Shown: piece by piece, positions 49,704 through 62,521 of the stretch | Layout of the letters: each line of letters begins with the position of its first letter | Numbering within the stretch: position 1 is the stretch's first letter | Assembly (NCBI GenBank): GCA_038087875.1 | Contig: CM075990.1 | Coordinates: forward strand, 4,776,001-4,840,000 | Direction of reading: 5' to 3' | Length of the DNA stretch: 64,000 bases | Origin: Malacoraja senta | Taxonomy: Eukaryota | Made by a program: the position numbers and the translations under genes | The notes under the pieces: model-generated | What the model was told of the DNA's origin: nothing | What the model saw: only the letters and a program-made list of their open reading frames with translations | The model's database searches: none

Positions 49704-50104
49704 GAGGAGTAGATAAAGGGATGAGGAAATGGGAGAGAATTGGTCCAAGTAAATTTGAGGGCGCCTGGAAGTTAGTGGTAAAGATGAAAAAGATGAAAAT
49801 CCTACGAAGGTTAAACTTACGATAATAGTCGGTGGTTTTATTCTACAAAATCTTGTTGGACCCAACCTGCACACTTACAACATCCAGTACAGAGAAGCAA
49901 CTTTTCTCAAAGATACCACAATGGTAACTTGCCAGTAAAGGCCTGAAGTACTGTGAAATAACACTTCATTCAATCTCATCTCAATTTATCCACCTATAAT
50001 CAAAAAATTAAGAAGCTTTGCTCCACTAATTTATTACAAAGATAAACTTCTCTTAGTTTAGTTTTTTTTTAAACTCTTATTGCAAGAAAGTTTAAGACTG
50101 TTAC

Positions 50105-50213
50105 CAGAGTTTTGATGGCCCCGAAGCTTGTGATGGCTTGGCGGAGTGAAGGGATATCGGCTTCAAAATTCAGGTCAGGAGATTCCTCTGGTTTTAGGGT
50201 CAGGTCCTTCAAT
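50105..50213 (-). CDS. NCOA4: NCOA4 coding exon 4
   Basis: tttccag / LKDLTLKPEESPDLNFEADIPSLRQAITSFGAIKTL / gtaaca; 109 nt. Confidence 0.96.
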
Positions 50214-50264
50214 CTGGAAATGAAGTGTCAATATCAATGAAAGGAGGTCTTTTTGCCTCTTTTC

Positions 50265-50550
50265 GGAAGCACGGAAATAGATCCTTCAGCCCACTGAATC
50301 CGCGCCAACCAGCGATCACCCCGTACACTAACACTATCTAATACACGAGGGACAATTTACAATTTTACCAAAGCCAATTAACCTGCAAACCTGTACGTCT
50401 TTTGGAGTATGGGAGGAAACCGGAACAAGCAGAGAAAACCCGCGTGGTCACAGGGAGAACGTACCAATTCGGTACAGATAGCACCGGTAGTTAGGATTGA
50501 ACCTGGGTCTCCAGCGATGTAAGGCAGCAGTTCTACCGCTGTGCTACCTG
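50265..50550 (-). mobile_element. HE1-like V-SINE
   Basis: Reverse-complement match to 15415-15729. Confidence 0.85.
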
Positions 50551-51067
50551 CACGTCTTCTTGATTATTTATTTAATATTTAATGTCGTGCCATTATTTAA
50601 GTCATTGAATCGAGATCCCTTAAGTCACATAGTCCCACTTTTCAGTTGTACTCAACTGTGCACTAAACAGAGCTTGCTTTCTTTGACACAACTCCCAATG
50701 GCCCCATTAGCTTTCTCAATTCCCTGCAATTTATTCCCACTCACATATCCATCAACACCCCTTTGATTCTTCTCCTGCTTCCCACTTGCCAGTTACAGTA
50801 ACAATTAATCTAACATACCCGTCAATTACCATTTTTACCTCTGGGATGTGGGGTGAAACTAGGGGGCCTCTGCATGCAAACTTCACTCAGACAGTAGGAG
50901 CCAGATCCCTGGAGTGAAGAGACAACAGCACTACTGTGCTGCTCCTGACAGCTACAGGTATTAAGCCTAAGAGAAAAGCCTACACTCCTCTATAGAGATT
51001 GATTTAGATACATTTCTATTTAAATATCAATAGCAAAGAAAAGTTGTCAGAATTTAAATCAACTCAC

Positions 51068-51156
51068 CTCTCCAGGCAGGCTGTAATTTGATTGATTGGC
51101 TGGTTATTCTGGGGATATTCCAATTGATGAATAAGGCAATTGAACTGGCCAAGCAG
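51068..51156 (-). CDS. NCOA4: NCOA4 coding exon 3
   Basis: ccctttag / LLGQFNCLIHQLEYPQNNQPINQITACLER / gtgagt; 89 nt. Confidence 0.96.
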
Positions 51157-52716
51157 CTAAAGGGAAATGAAAATTGCATTTACACAACATAAATTTGCAT
51201 TAACATGTATCAAACTAATTTATAGGATCTATTGGTAGCTCAATGATTATATTGAAGGACTGGTAATTCAGAGATCTGTCCAAATTATTTGGATAAGAGT
51301 TCAAAGTGCGCCACAGTTAGCTAATAAATGTTGCATCTAAATTTACTGTCTGTTATATGAAAGTACAGGATTTGCACAAACCGAATGAGTACATTAACCT
51401 CAATTTGAAACAAAGGGCAATTACCTGACCTCACACTGTTTAGTCTAGCTGCACACACTCTTTACACCCTTTGCACAAAAATGTAGTTAACCCTTAAGGT
51501 CATTCCATTCCTCAGCAATAAACAGGCATGCCAGTCTGTTCAAAGGCAATTTGTTATGAACAACAAATGCCAGAGGCACCCATTCCCCATGAATTATATT
51601 ATAAAAGATATTTTGTGCACGGGGACTAAATGAGGTTGCCAGCTTGCAGCAACAGTAACCTACAATTAACAAAGAGGAAGCACTAACTGGAGAAGGCCCA
51701 GCACACAGAAAGGACGTCCCCTTTGAATGGGGGAGTGGGGCTCATGGCATAAAGGACCACAGTTTAATGTCTCACTTCAATGGTCTCATCAGCAACAAGG
51801 CAGCACTATCTCACTATATTCCAGCCAAATTGACGCATGCACAACACGATGGAACTCCAGTTCAATTTTTGATTCAGAGGAAAGAACACTAATCGATTGA
51901 ACAAGCTGCAAGGGGAAGATTTGGTGTAGTTTTGCTCAGTGGCAAAAGCACATTTTCAGTATCACTACAAAACTAGATTTTCAGTTGCATCAAACCAGAG
52001 ATTCTAAGTGGCCACTCCTCACATGATCAAACTCAGTGATCACAACAATAACATACATTTCAAAATTCAAAAATAAAGTAAAACCAGGCATGGCAGAACT
52101 CCATCTCCATTTAGATGCCATCAGTGCAAAGAATAAACAATTGAGGCCAGGGGTCAATTAGACACCAAATGATAAAAACTGAGATCAAATGGGCTTTATT
52201 AAGGAGGTGCAAAACACGATTTAAAGGGGGGGGGGGGGTTAATGAAGAAAGAGAGCATAAATGGTTACAACATTAAACAGAGTTAAATATATGAAAACTG
52301 CAGAAATGTGGTGCATGGGATCCTGTGCGGATATGGGAATAAGAACAAAGATGTGTAAAATTCCAATGTTGGACCGACTTTGGAGTTAGTGTTGGTCAAT
52401 GGATGGTAAAATGTAATTTTCTGCCCGACAGGTGATGGTCAGCTATTTTGCACCAGATCATGTCCTATGGAGAAGAGGACAGGTCAGAGAAAACAAAATG
52501 CAATATTATAGGTGGAAGGTGAACACAGGAGGAAAACAATGGGGGAAAAAATGAACGATTTAATGGAGGATCAGGCACTGACCACTGCAGTCTGAAAGAG
52601 TCATTAGATTTAGCTTTTGATTTACACACTGGCTTGATTTATTACTACTAGTTGGATCTGTAAGACCTTTAATGCAAGAGTAATTTTATATAATGCAGCA
52701 TCTGGATTGGATTGGA

Positions 52717-53035
52717 CACGCTAGATGCAGGAAACATGTTCCCGGTGTTGGGGAGTCCAGAACCATGGGGCCACAGTTTAAGAGTAAGGGGAGGCCATTT
52801 AGAACTGAGATGAGGAAAAACGTTTTCACCCAGAGAGTTGTGAATTTGTGGAACTCTCTGCCTCAGAAGGCGGTGGAGGCCGATTCTCAGGATGCATGCA
52901 AAAGAGAGTTAGATAGAGCTCTTTGGGCTAGCGGAATCAAGGGATATGAGGAGAAGGCAGGAACGGGACACTGATTGTGGATGATCACATTGGATGGGTC
53001 GAATGCCCTCCTCCTGCACCTACTGTCTATGTATC
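52717..53035 (+). mobile_element. CR1 3' end
   Basis: GRPFRTEMRKNVFTQRVVNLWNSLPQKAVEA. Confidence 0.85.
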
Positions 53036-53115
53036 TTATCTTCATACCCTACTGAATGCAAAAGTTTACAATGAACAAAACTTTGCATGACCCCTCAAAT
53101 GGACCCAGCTCTTAC

Positions 53116-53256
53116 CCAGTAAAGCTGCTGAATTTGTTGGTGCAAGGATTCTTCTTTCAGCTGTTGAACAAGGTCAATCTGCTCCAAGAGACAAACCTCT
53201 CTACTCCGCAGGCATTCCATGTGACGGCTGATACAACTATGAATTTGAAATTTTAC
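53116..53256 (-). CDS. NCOA4: NCOA4 coding exon 2 (ARA70 coiled-coil region)
   Basis: cttttatag / VKFQIHSCISRHMECLRSREVCLLEQIDLVQQLKEESLHQQIQQLYW / gtaaga; 141 nt. Confidence 0.97.
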
Positions 53257-53344
53257 CTATAAAAGAACGAGAAACCAAACCATGGCATTCATTTCTCAAA
53301 AAATGTCAAACACCTATATTACAATGAAATGCTACAGACTATAG

Positions 53345-53722
53345 ATAGGGTATGTGGATAAAGAAGACAGGGTAAATGCACAATCTTTTATCCAGAGTTG
53401 GGGAATCGAGAACTAGGGGACATAGGTGGAATGTGAGGAGGGGAGGGGGGGGGTCGAGAAAAGATTTAATGGGAACCTGAGGAGCAGCATTTTTTTTCCC
53501 CAACACACAAAGGGTGGTAGGTGTATGGAACAAGCTGCCGGAAGTGGTAGTTGAGGCAGCTATTATCACATTGTTTAAGAAACATTGATGACAGGTACAT
53601 GGATGGGATGGGTTTAGAGGGATATGGGCCAAGCGCAGGCAGGTGGGATTAGTTTAGATGGGGCATTTAGGTCGGCTTGGGGTAGTTGGGTCAAAGGGCC
53701 TATTTTCATGCTGTATGACTCT
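53345..53722 (+). mobile_element. Degenerate CR1 3' end
   Basis: Nucleotide similarity to 8830-9170 (AGGGTGGTAGGTGTATGGAACAAGCTGCCGG). Confidence 0.75.
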
Positions 53723-53810
53723 AGACTATTGATTTACTTTGTGAAATTAACTTTATTGCATTTGCCAGTTAGTTGTTGCCCACCACTTATTATAGTACAA
53801 GTTATTTTAC

Positions 53811-53960
53811 CTCATGACTGTTTGCTTTCATTTCTTGTTCGGCCTGAATGATGGTGTTAATGGCCATTTCCAGATCTCGTTTGGCCTGCATACAGTTAGT
53901 TAACGAATCCTTGAATTGGATGTTGGTAGTTTCCCCACCTTGGGCGTGTGTTGGGTTCAT
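53811..53960 (-). CDS. NCOA4: NCOA4 first coding exon (nuclear receptor coactivator 4, ferritinophagy receptor); exon extends to 53971
   Basis: tttttttcag / ctaagaccaag ATG: MNPTHAQGGETTNIQFKDSLTNCMQAKRDLEMAINTIIQAEQEMKANSHE / gtaaaa; spliced product 655 aa. Confidence 0.94.
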
Positions 53961-54204
53961 CTTGGTCTTAGCTGAAAAAAATGGAAGTCACGATAAATTC
54001 AACTGCGGACGTGGGTGTGCAAGATTAGCAGGGAGGGTTTCACATTGAATCAACCCTCACCAAATTACAGAACTTTAAAAGCAGCTCTAGGTTAATCAGT
54101 TAACTTACAAATGGCATGTCGATGTTATTCCAAATTTTGTGCACGCAGGTTTTATTTCCAAAATGTGTATCAATAATCAAATATCTCAGAAAATTTTGCT
54201 ATTC

Positions 54205-54415
54205 AACTGCAGATGCTGGTTTAAACCAAAAATAGACACAAAAAGCTGGAGTAACTCAACGGGACAGGCAGCATCTCTGGAGAGAAGGAATTGGTGATGT
54301 TTCGGGTCGAGACCCTTTGGGTCTGAAGAAGGGTCTCGACCTGAAACCTCACCCATTCCTTCTCTCCAGAGAAGCTGCCTGTCCCACTGAGTTACTTCAG
54401 CTTTTTGTGTCTATC
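54205..54415. mobile_element. Inverted pair of Penelope-derived terminal repeats with central hammerhead-like motif
   Basis: ATAGACACAAAAAGCTGGAGTAACTCA ... TGAGTTACTTCAGCTTTTTGTGTCTAT; TGGGT-CTGAAGA...GAAACCTC-ACCCA at 54318-54355. Confidence 0.8.
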
Positions 54416-54771
54416 CTTGTTGAACAAACCGGTTGTAAAGTTTTGGATCACAAAAAGTTGTCACAAACTCATCGATTAACTTGAGAAACATTGCTGCTGA
54501 CATTTGCATGCACAAGCTAGGAGGAATTCCAATAATTCTGCATTTTAAATATCTTACATTTGCAGATCATTTACTATAGTCATCCCTCTGAAAATGACTT
54601 TGAAACTCTATTCTAAAAAATTTTAATTGACACAAAATCCCAGCAGTTGGATTACTGTACAGTGTATCACTCAATAGCACCGGCAGATTCTAAACATTTT
54701 CCGATACATTAGTACCTATCTGTAAATATAATATCTATACTGATAGAATATTAAAAGGTCTGAAAAAGGTT

Positions 54772-56230
54772 CATAGATACATAGAAAATAGGTGCAGGAG
54801 TAGGCCATTCGGCCCTTCGAGCCTGCACCGCCATTCAATATGATCATGGCTGATCATCCAACTCAGTATCCCGTACCTGCCTTCTCTCTATACCCCCTGA
54901 TCCCTTTAGCCACAAGGGCCACATCTAACTCCCTCTTAAATATAGCCAATGAACTGGCCTCAACTACCCTCTGTGGCAGAGAGTTCCAGAGATTCACCAC
55001 TCTCTGTGTGAAAAAGTGTTTCCCCCTTATCCTTAAGCTGTGACCCCTTGTCCTGGACTTCCCCAACATCGGGAACAATCTTCCTGCATCTAGCCTGTCC
55101 AACCCCATAAGAATTTTGTACGTTTCTATAAGATCCCCTCTCAATCTCCTAAATTCTAGCGAGTATAAGCCAAGTCTATCCAGTCTTTCTTCATATGAAA
55201 GTCCTGACATCCCAGGAATCAGTCTGGTGAACCTTCTCTGCACTCCCTCTATGGCTATAACGTCCTTCCTCAGATTTGGAGACCAAAACTGTACGCAATA
55301 CTCCAGGTGTGGTCTCACCAAGACCCTGTACAACTGCAGTAGAACCTCCCTGCTCCTATACTCAAATCCTCTTGCTATGAAGGCCAACATACCATTCGCT
55401 TTCTTCACTGCCTGCTGCACCTGCATGCCTACTTTCAATGACTGGTGTACCATGACACCCAGGTCTCGCTGCATCTCCCCATTTCCTAATCGGCCACCAT
55501 TTAGATAATAGTCTGCCTTCCCGTTTTTGCCACCAAAGTGGATAACCTCACATTTATCCACATTATACTGCATCTGCCAAACATTTGCCCACTCACCCAG
55601 CCTATCCAAGTCACCTTGCAGTCTCCTAGCATCCTCCTCACAGCTAACACTGCCCCCCAGCTTAGTGTCATCCGCAAACTTGGAGATGTTGCTTTCAATT
55701 CCCTCGTCCAGATTATTAATATCAATTGTAAATAGCTGGGGTCCCAGCACTGAGCCTTGCGGTACCCCACTAGTCACTGCCTGCCATTGTGAAAAGGACC
55801 CGTTTACTCCTACTCTTTGCTTCCTGTTTGCCAGCCAGTTCTCTATCCACATCAATACTGAACCCCCAATACCGTGTGATTTAAGTTTGTATCCTAATCT
55901 CTTATGTGGTACCTTGTCAAAAGCCTTCTGAAAGTCCAGATACAACACATCCACTGGTTCTCCCCTATCCACTCTACTAGTTACATCCTCGAAAAATTCT
56001 ATAAGATTCGTCAGACACGATTTACCTTTCGTAAATCCATGCTGACTTTGTCCAATGATTTCACCACTTTCCAAATGTGCTGCTATCCCATCTTTAATAA
56101 CTGACTCTAGCAGTTTCCCCACTACCGATGTTAGACTAACTGGTCTGTAATTCCCCGTTTTCTCTCTCCCTCCCTTCTTAAAAAGTGGGGTTACGTTTGC
56201 TACCCTCCAATCCTCAGGGACTACTCCCGA
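54772..56230 (-). mobile_element. 5'-truncated CR1/HER1 LINE with an open reverse transcriptase domain (ORF 54863-56122)
   Basis: QHGFTKGKSCLTNL, YLDFQKAFDKVPH, GVPQGSVLGP, KFADDTKL motifs; 3' tail intact; no endonuclease domain. Confidence 0.96.
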
Positions 56231-57099
56231 TGTTCTCGACCCAAAACATCACCCATTCCTTCTCTCCAGAGATGCTGCCTGTCACGCTGAGTTACTCCAG
56301 TATTTTGTGTCTGTCTATCATCGAATATTAAAACACTGCAGGTTTGAGGATTCACAACTAAAAGTTATTAAGCTATATCCTCGCATGCACACAAATTGCC
56401 TCAGTACAAATATTCAGAATAAACTTTCATCAATACTTCTTGGCTCCAGCCTTAAGTTGTTTATAGTTCATTTTCTGTCAGAATCCTGCAGAGGGTAATC
56501 ATATGAAGATAACAATAACCTAGATTAAAATCTTTTCGAGAATCCAACAAAGTATACTCGTCTAGAGATAACAAACAATCCGCTGAAGAAACTCCGCGGG
56601 ACAATAGCATGGGGGGTGGGGGGAGGAATGCAACTTTTCGGATCAAATCCTGCATCAGTCCAGACCCGCCGAGTTCTTTCGGCAGTAAAATGGAGACACA
56701 ATAAACTGCAATGCTGGAATCTTGAGCAGAAAACAAAGAGCTGGAGGAACTCCGCAGATTGTTTGCTGCTCCAGATTCCAGCATCTGAAGTCTCTTGATT
56801 CTTTATCTTCAGAGACGTTTGTTTTTCCATGCAAATAAAATATTTAGGTGGAATGGGACAACACATAACATTTCTTATGCTGCTGCACAAAGCTGGTGGG
56901 GCGGCATTCTTGTCCAACTCTCGTCTACCCACAGCTTCTTAACCCCAACTCACTTCCTTGACTTCACCCAACTGTCTGCTAGTATAAACTGAACACTTTA
57001 GGATGCTATGCAGGCACAATGCACGCCTAGTTGGAAATAGCTTCTGCTGGGAAGGAAGTCAGATCCCGTCGCCGATCAGTGCAGGCACAATGTACTTGC

Positions 57100-57575
57100 A
57101 TGCAACCCGGCAAAGCAAACGTGCGGCGTTCTCAGTTGACGAGGGACGGGCTCCTCTCTGGAGGAGCTGCTTCAGTCAAGGGCGGAGCAGTTGAGGGTGA
57201 GGGTGAGGGTGAGGGAGACGGGGGGACCCGGCGGTACCGGGGCCGTCGAACGTGGCACCGGCAACGGGCGCAGGCCCCGCGTGTGGGAGTCACTCCGGTT
57301 CCACAGGGGAAGGGGGTGAAAGTCCCTCCGAGCGCAGGCTGCGCACGACCATAGGCCAAGACCGTACCGGTGAGCAGGACGCCAGCAGTTACCCCGGTCA
57401 CGGTCACAGACCCCACTCCGACACCGTCTCCCTCACCTCCACCGTCGCCGCCGCTCCTCAACCGGACCGCCGCGGCTATTTATACCAGCACGCTGGCCTG
57501 CGCGCTGACGTCACGCAGACCCGGGCCACGCACATAACACGCAGTCCGCCACAGGCTGATCGCCGGCGTGCACGT
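57100..57575 (-). promoter_or_regulatory. NCOA4: NCOA4 CpG-island promoter and non-coding first exon
   Basis: CpG-dense; full CRE TGACGTCA 57506-57513; minus-strand TATAAATA 57477-57484; candidate donors GAG/GTGAGG (57437/57436) and GGG/GTAACT (57393/57392). Confidence 0.8.
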
Positions 57576-57793
57576 ACACACAGGCCAGGGGAACACTGCA
57601 GCAGCGTATCTCCAGCACACTGTATCACTGGCATACAGGACTGGGAGTGAGTGCACAGCTGCTCAGATAAGATTGACCAACTTTGCAAAATTTTCCAAAA
57701 AGAGGCAACTTCGACCATCCGCAATGCCACTTCAACAAAAAAAAGTATTTGACATTTAAATAAATCAGGTTAAGGCGAACAAACATCTCATGA

Positions 57794-57980
57794 AGTGTAG
57801 GAAAGAGCTGCAGATGCTGGTTTACACCGTAGACACAAAATGCTGGAGTAACTCAGCGGGACAAGCAGCATCTTTGGAGATGAGGAATGGGTGACGTTTC
57901 GGGTCGAGACCCTTCTTCAAACTGAAGGGTCCCATTCCTCATCTCCAGAGATGGTGCCGATCCCGCTGAGTTACTCCAGC
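57794..57980. mobile_element. Inverted pair of Penelope-derived repeats
   Basis: GCTGGAGTAACTCAGCGGGA / TCCCGCTGAGTTACTCCAGC arms; TCTCATGAA duplicated on both sides. Confidence 0.8.
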
Positions 57981-58788
57981 AAGTCTCATGAATTTATTCA
58001 CTCACCCCTTCTATCATCAATAACACAAAGGGGATAAGCACTATTTTATGCAGCATTTGCAAACATTAACATGAGCATTTAGGTGCAAGAACCAAGAAAA
58101 AGGCAGGTGCTGCCAAACAACCTAAAATTTTAATTTATCTGCATTCTTCACAAATCCCAACTTGCCTTGAAAGCTTCCTTGTTTTTTGCTTTCATTCCGA
58201 TGTGCAGGAAGCTGAGGGTGAAGCAAGCTTGCTGAGAGATATGAGATTTCAGAAACAAGGAACTACAGTTACTGGTTTACTAGAAAAGATCCAAAGGGCT
58301 AGATGGATAGGTGACGTTTTGCGGAGCCCTTCTTCAGACTGGGAGGGAGGGGGAGGGGTGGGAGGGAGAGAGAGCTGGAAGAGAGGGGATAGAGAAAAGC
58401 TGAAAGAGTTGGATAAGAGATTGTAGTTGTTCATGTGGGCGCTGACAGACGGTACTTAGTAGCACCAGCCTGCATTGTTCATCAAAATCATGGGAGGAAA
58501 TTGAATGCTTCCTCTGGCAACAATAGGAAGAACTTTAATTTTGAGTTGCAAGTTAGAAACAGGCCAAAAGAGGTTTACCAGAACGCTGCCTGGATTGTTT
58601 GTTACAATTAACTATCATGCGAGGTTGGACATTACTGTGCTCTCCTCCAGATTTGAGTCAATGCCATGTCCAGACTTACTCTTTTGCTCGATCCGTTATT
58701 CCTTCGTATTTGCTTGCCATGCCCGAACTACTAACATTTTTCGTAAAGAACACTAATTTCTTTCTGAAAACCAACATCTAATTCTCTC

Positions 58789-58936
58789 ATTTTATCTCTG
58801 TACTGCCCACTCCCCTGACATCAGTCTGAAGAAGGGTCTCAACCAGAAACGTCATCCATTCCTTCTCTCCAAAGATGCTGCCTGTCCTGCTGAGTTACTC
58901 CATTTTGTGTCTATCTTCGATCTGCAGTTTTCCTGC
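58789..58936 (+). mobile_element. Penelope-derived repeat with hammerhead-like motif (58826-58853), 15-bp TSD
   Basis: TSD ACATCTAATTCTCTC at 58774-58788 and 58937-58951. Confidence 0.75.
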
Positions 58937-60084
58937 ACATCTAATTCTCTCCTTCTATCTAAATATTGCCCCACTTCTCCATTCTTCTTACCAAAGTGGA
59001 TAATCTCACATTTCCCATCATTTTACAAACTCATTTAACCTACAAGTTTGCCATATATAAAACGATGAGGCATAGACTAGACTGGCATAACCTTTTAGCT
59101 GGGTGGGAAAAAGACTAGAGGGCACAGCAAGAGGGGCAAAGTTCACAGTGGATGTGTGGAGCTTTTTTTTAAAACACAGAGTGGTAGTACCTGGAATGAG
59201 CTGCTACTGATGGTGGAGGCAAATACAATAGTGGCATTTATGAGGCCTTCAGGTAGACACAAGGATATGCAAGGAATGGTGGTATATCGATCATATGCAA
59301 GCAGAGATTAGTTTAATTTGTTGTCATGTTTGGCACGAATATTGTGGGCTGAAGGGCCTGCTCCTGTGCTGTACTGTTTTGTGTTCTATCTTGCTTTGCA
59401 GACTGCTGGTGCTGCTGACCTCCAAGTTCTGCAGTAGATGGGTTCCTAGAAAACAATTAGTGGCATGCCTGAGCATGCATCAAGAAAAAGAGTTGGAAGA
59501 AAATAAGCTTCTTGTTTACTTTCATTCACATAAATTCCGTGGGAGTGAATCCTATATCCAGCTCAAATTTTTGGGTAATGATTCGTGAATTTAGTAAGGG
59601 TGAAATTCTAATATCAGAATGTCCTATTATATAGGTAATCTGAACATGCTAATGATTTTTCGTTACCAAATTTAATTCCCAAACCTCTTCATTTTCTTTG
59701 CTCTTGGTTACGTTATTAATGTTTTTAAGTTTTTAATGCAAAGTCCAACAAGATATTTGACTTAATTCCTTACAATCTGTTAGGTTACTAGCATTTTATT
59801 TACTTTATCTTTATCAATATTTCTAAATTCTCTCAAAATGTAGTTTTTTTGCAACTTCAATCCAATACCATCAATAACTTTTAATTAACCGATGATTGGG
59901 CAGTCATTGAGAATTGCTATATAGTTAGATGTTTACCACTATTTAACAATGTCATATATTTTAATCAACATTTCCCAATTTATCGTCCAACTCACATGCC
60001 CCCAACATCCAAACATCTACTTAATTGTATTTATTTAAATTTGACTTGTTTTGGGGAGGTTAGTCACTTAGAGTAGGTCGAGAG

Positions 60085-60929
60085 TAAACGAGAGTAAGTC
60101 TGAGGTCATCCTTCTCGGCCCCTCGGACGCAATCAAAATGATAGCAGGCAGCCTTGGAAGCCTTACCCCACGACTCAAACCTCATGTCAAAAACCTTGGC
60201 GTGATATTTGACTCAGCACTGAAATTTGACAAACAAATGGTAAAAGCTAGCTTCTTTCAGCTTCGGACGATAGCTAAAATAAAACAATTCCTCCAGTTTG
60301 ATGACCTCGAAAAGATCATCCACGCATTCATCTCCTCCCGCCTAGATTACTGCAACTCCCTTTACACTGGCATCAGCCAATCTTCCCTGTCCCGCCTGCA
60401 ACTGGTCCAAAATGCCGCAGCGAGACTCCTGACGGGCACCCGAAAAAGGGACCACATCACCCCGATCCTGGCCTCTCTCCACTTGCTCCCGTACAGTTCC
60501 GTATAAACTTCAAGATCCTCCTCCATGTCTACAAAGCCCTCAATGGGCTTGCCCCCACCTACGTAAAAAGTCTTCTCACCCACCACTCCACCTCCAGGCC
60601 CCTCAGATCGGCCGACTTGGGGTTGCTGAATATCCCACGGTCTAGGTATAAGCTCTGGGGCGACCGCGCCTTTGCGGTTGCAGCCCCTAGACTGTGGAAC
60701 AGCATCCCCTTTCCCATCAGAACTGCCCCCTCCATCGACTCTTTTAAGTCAAGACTAAAAACTTATCTATACTCCCAAGCCTTTCCTGACATCCTCTGAG
60801 TGAGGGCTACATGTATATATGTATGTAGTTTGTTTTGTTTATGCTATTTTTATAACAAATGTAAAGCACTTTGGCCAACGAGAGTTGTTTTTTAAATGTG
60901 CTATATAAATAAATGTGACTTGACTTGAC
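60085..60929 (+). mobile_element. L2-clade LINE 3' end
   Basis: VKNLGVIFDSALKF...HAFISSRLDYCNSL...LQLVQNAAARLLTG..KRDHITPILASLH; GDRAFAVAAPRLWNSIP; (TGACT)n tail. Confidence 0.92.
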
Positions 60930-61129
60930 TAGAGTAGCATAGTTTACTTCAAGGTATATTCATCTTTGGCCTTCAATCTCTTTGCAGAGATTATTCCTTT
61001 TCTTGACTAATTCCTTTTGTATCGTTTATTATTTGCCACGTGTACCAAGATAGGGTAAAAAGTTTTGTTTGCATGCTAATAGATAACAGGGATGCGATTT
61101 CGCTGGTTCTCCATTCGACCACTTAGACA

Positions 61130-62240
61130 ATAAGAACACTTACGTCAGGTTGTTATTCATCAACTACAGATCAGCGTTCAACACCATCACCTCCAAAGGT
61201 TATCAAACTGCGGGAACTAAGTGTAGGAAGGAACGGTAGATGCTGGTTTAAACCAAAGATAGACACAAAATGCTGGAGTAACTCAGCGGGGGCAGCATCT
61301 CTTGAGAGAAGGAATGGGTGACATTTCTGGTCGAGCCCCATCTTTGGACTGATCGGGACTGAGAGGGAACTAGGACTCTCATCCCTTTGCAACTGGATCC
61401 TTAATTTCCTCCTTGATAGACTATAATCAAAATGAATTGGCAACAATACTTTCTCCTCGATAACAAGCACCTCAGGGCTGTGTGATCAGTCCCCTGCTCT
61501 ACTCACTCGATACACATACACAGTTCCAACGCCATCTTAAAATATGCCGACAATATCACCATTGTTGGATAAATAACAGGTAACAATGAGTATAGGAGGG
61601 AGATTGAAAGGTGCAAGAACAACAATCAGCAAGACCAAGGAGCTGACTGTTGACTTTAGAACTTGACTTAATCGACAGGTTGGCAGTAGAAAGACCAGTT
61701 CAAGTTCATGGACGTGCACATCTCTGAAAATCTGCCCTGGTCCCTGCACAGTTATACAAGCAGAAGAAAGCCCATCAACACCTCTATTTCCTGAGAAGAT
61801 TGAGGAGATTCAGTACATCGGCAAAAACTCTCTTGAACTTTGTCGAGGTCTACGATACAGGGCATATTGACTGGTTGTATCACGGCCTGGCTCGGCAGCT
61901 TGAAAATCCATGATCAAAGGAAATTACAAAAAGTGCTGGACACTGCCATCATGGACATCATAGATACCAACTCCCCATCATCAAAGGGATCTACAGGAGA
62001 CACTGCCTCAATAAGGCAGCCAGTATCAAAGGCGCAAACCACCCTGGCCATGTTCTCATTTTACTCCTACCATCGGGAAGATAAGAGTTTGAAAACCGTG
62101 ACCACCAGGTTCAAGAATTGCTTCTTCCCAACAACCATCAGGTTCTTGAACACTACACAGTGCTAACCTCAGCTATGAACAATGGACCGTCTTTTGTTGC
62201 ACCAAGGACGTTGGTTTTTCTTGCATTATTCAATTTCAAT
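61130..62240 (+). mobile_element. Degenerate Rex1/Babar-like LINE interrupted by a Penelope-derived repeat (about 61221-61355)
   Basis: Fragments LKYAD, DVHISENLPW, LYFLRRLRRF, GILTGCITAWLG, TTRFKNCFFPTTIRFLN with frameshifts. Confidence 0.75.
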
Positions 62241-62521
62241 TCAACTTTAATGTCATTGCACAAATACTGAGTATGGGTACAACGAAATGCAGTTTTGCGT
62301 CAGTCCGTAGTATTGAGTATTAGTATTGAGATTATTAATTTATTGAATTTCTGTTCATAATGCAGTAAATTGGAATACAGGACTACGCCCTAGCTTATGG
62401 GAGGTCTGTGCAGTGGTCTGATAACAGCAGCGAAGAAGCTGCTGCTGAATCTGGTGGTTTGTGCTTTACCTGATTATAGTGCAAGACTTTTCAATGAGAA
62501 ACAACTACAACTGAAACTACT

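Noticed and set aside
59560..60040. AT-rich stretch possibly from an L1 ORF2 (also 41460-41770)
   Set aside because: Too degenerate to support by eye
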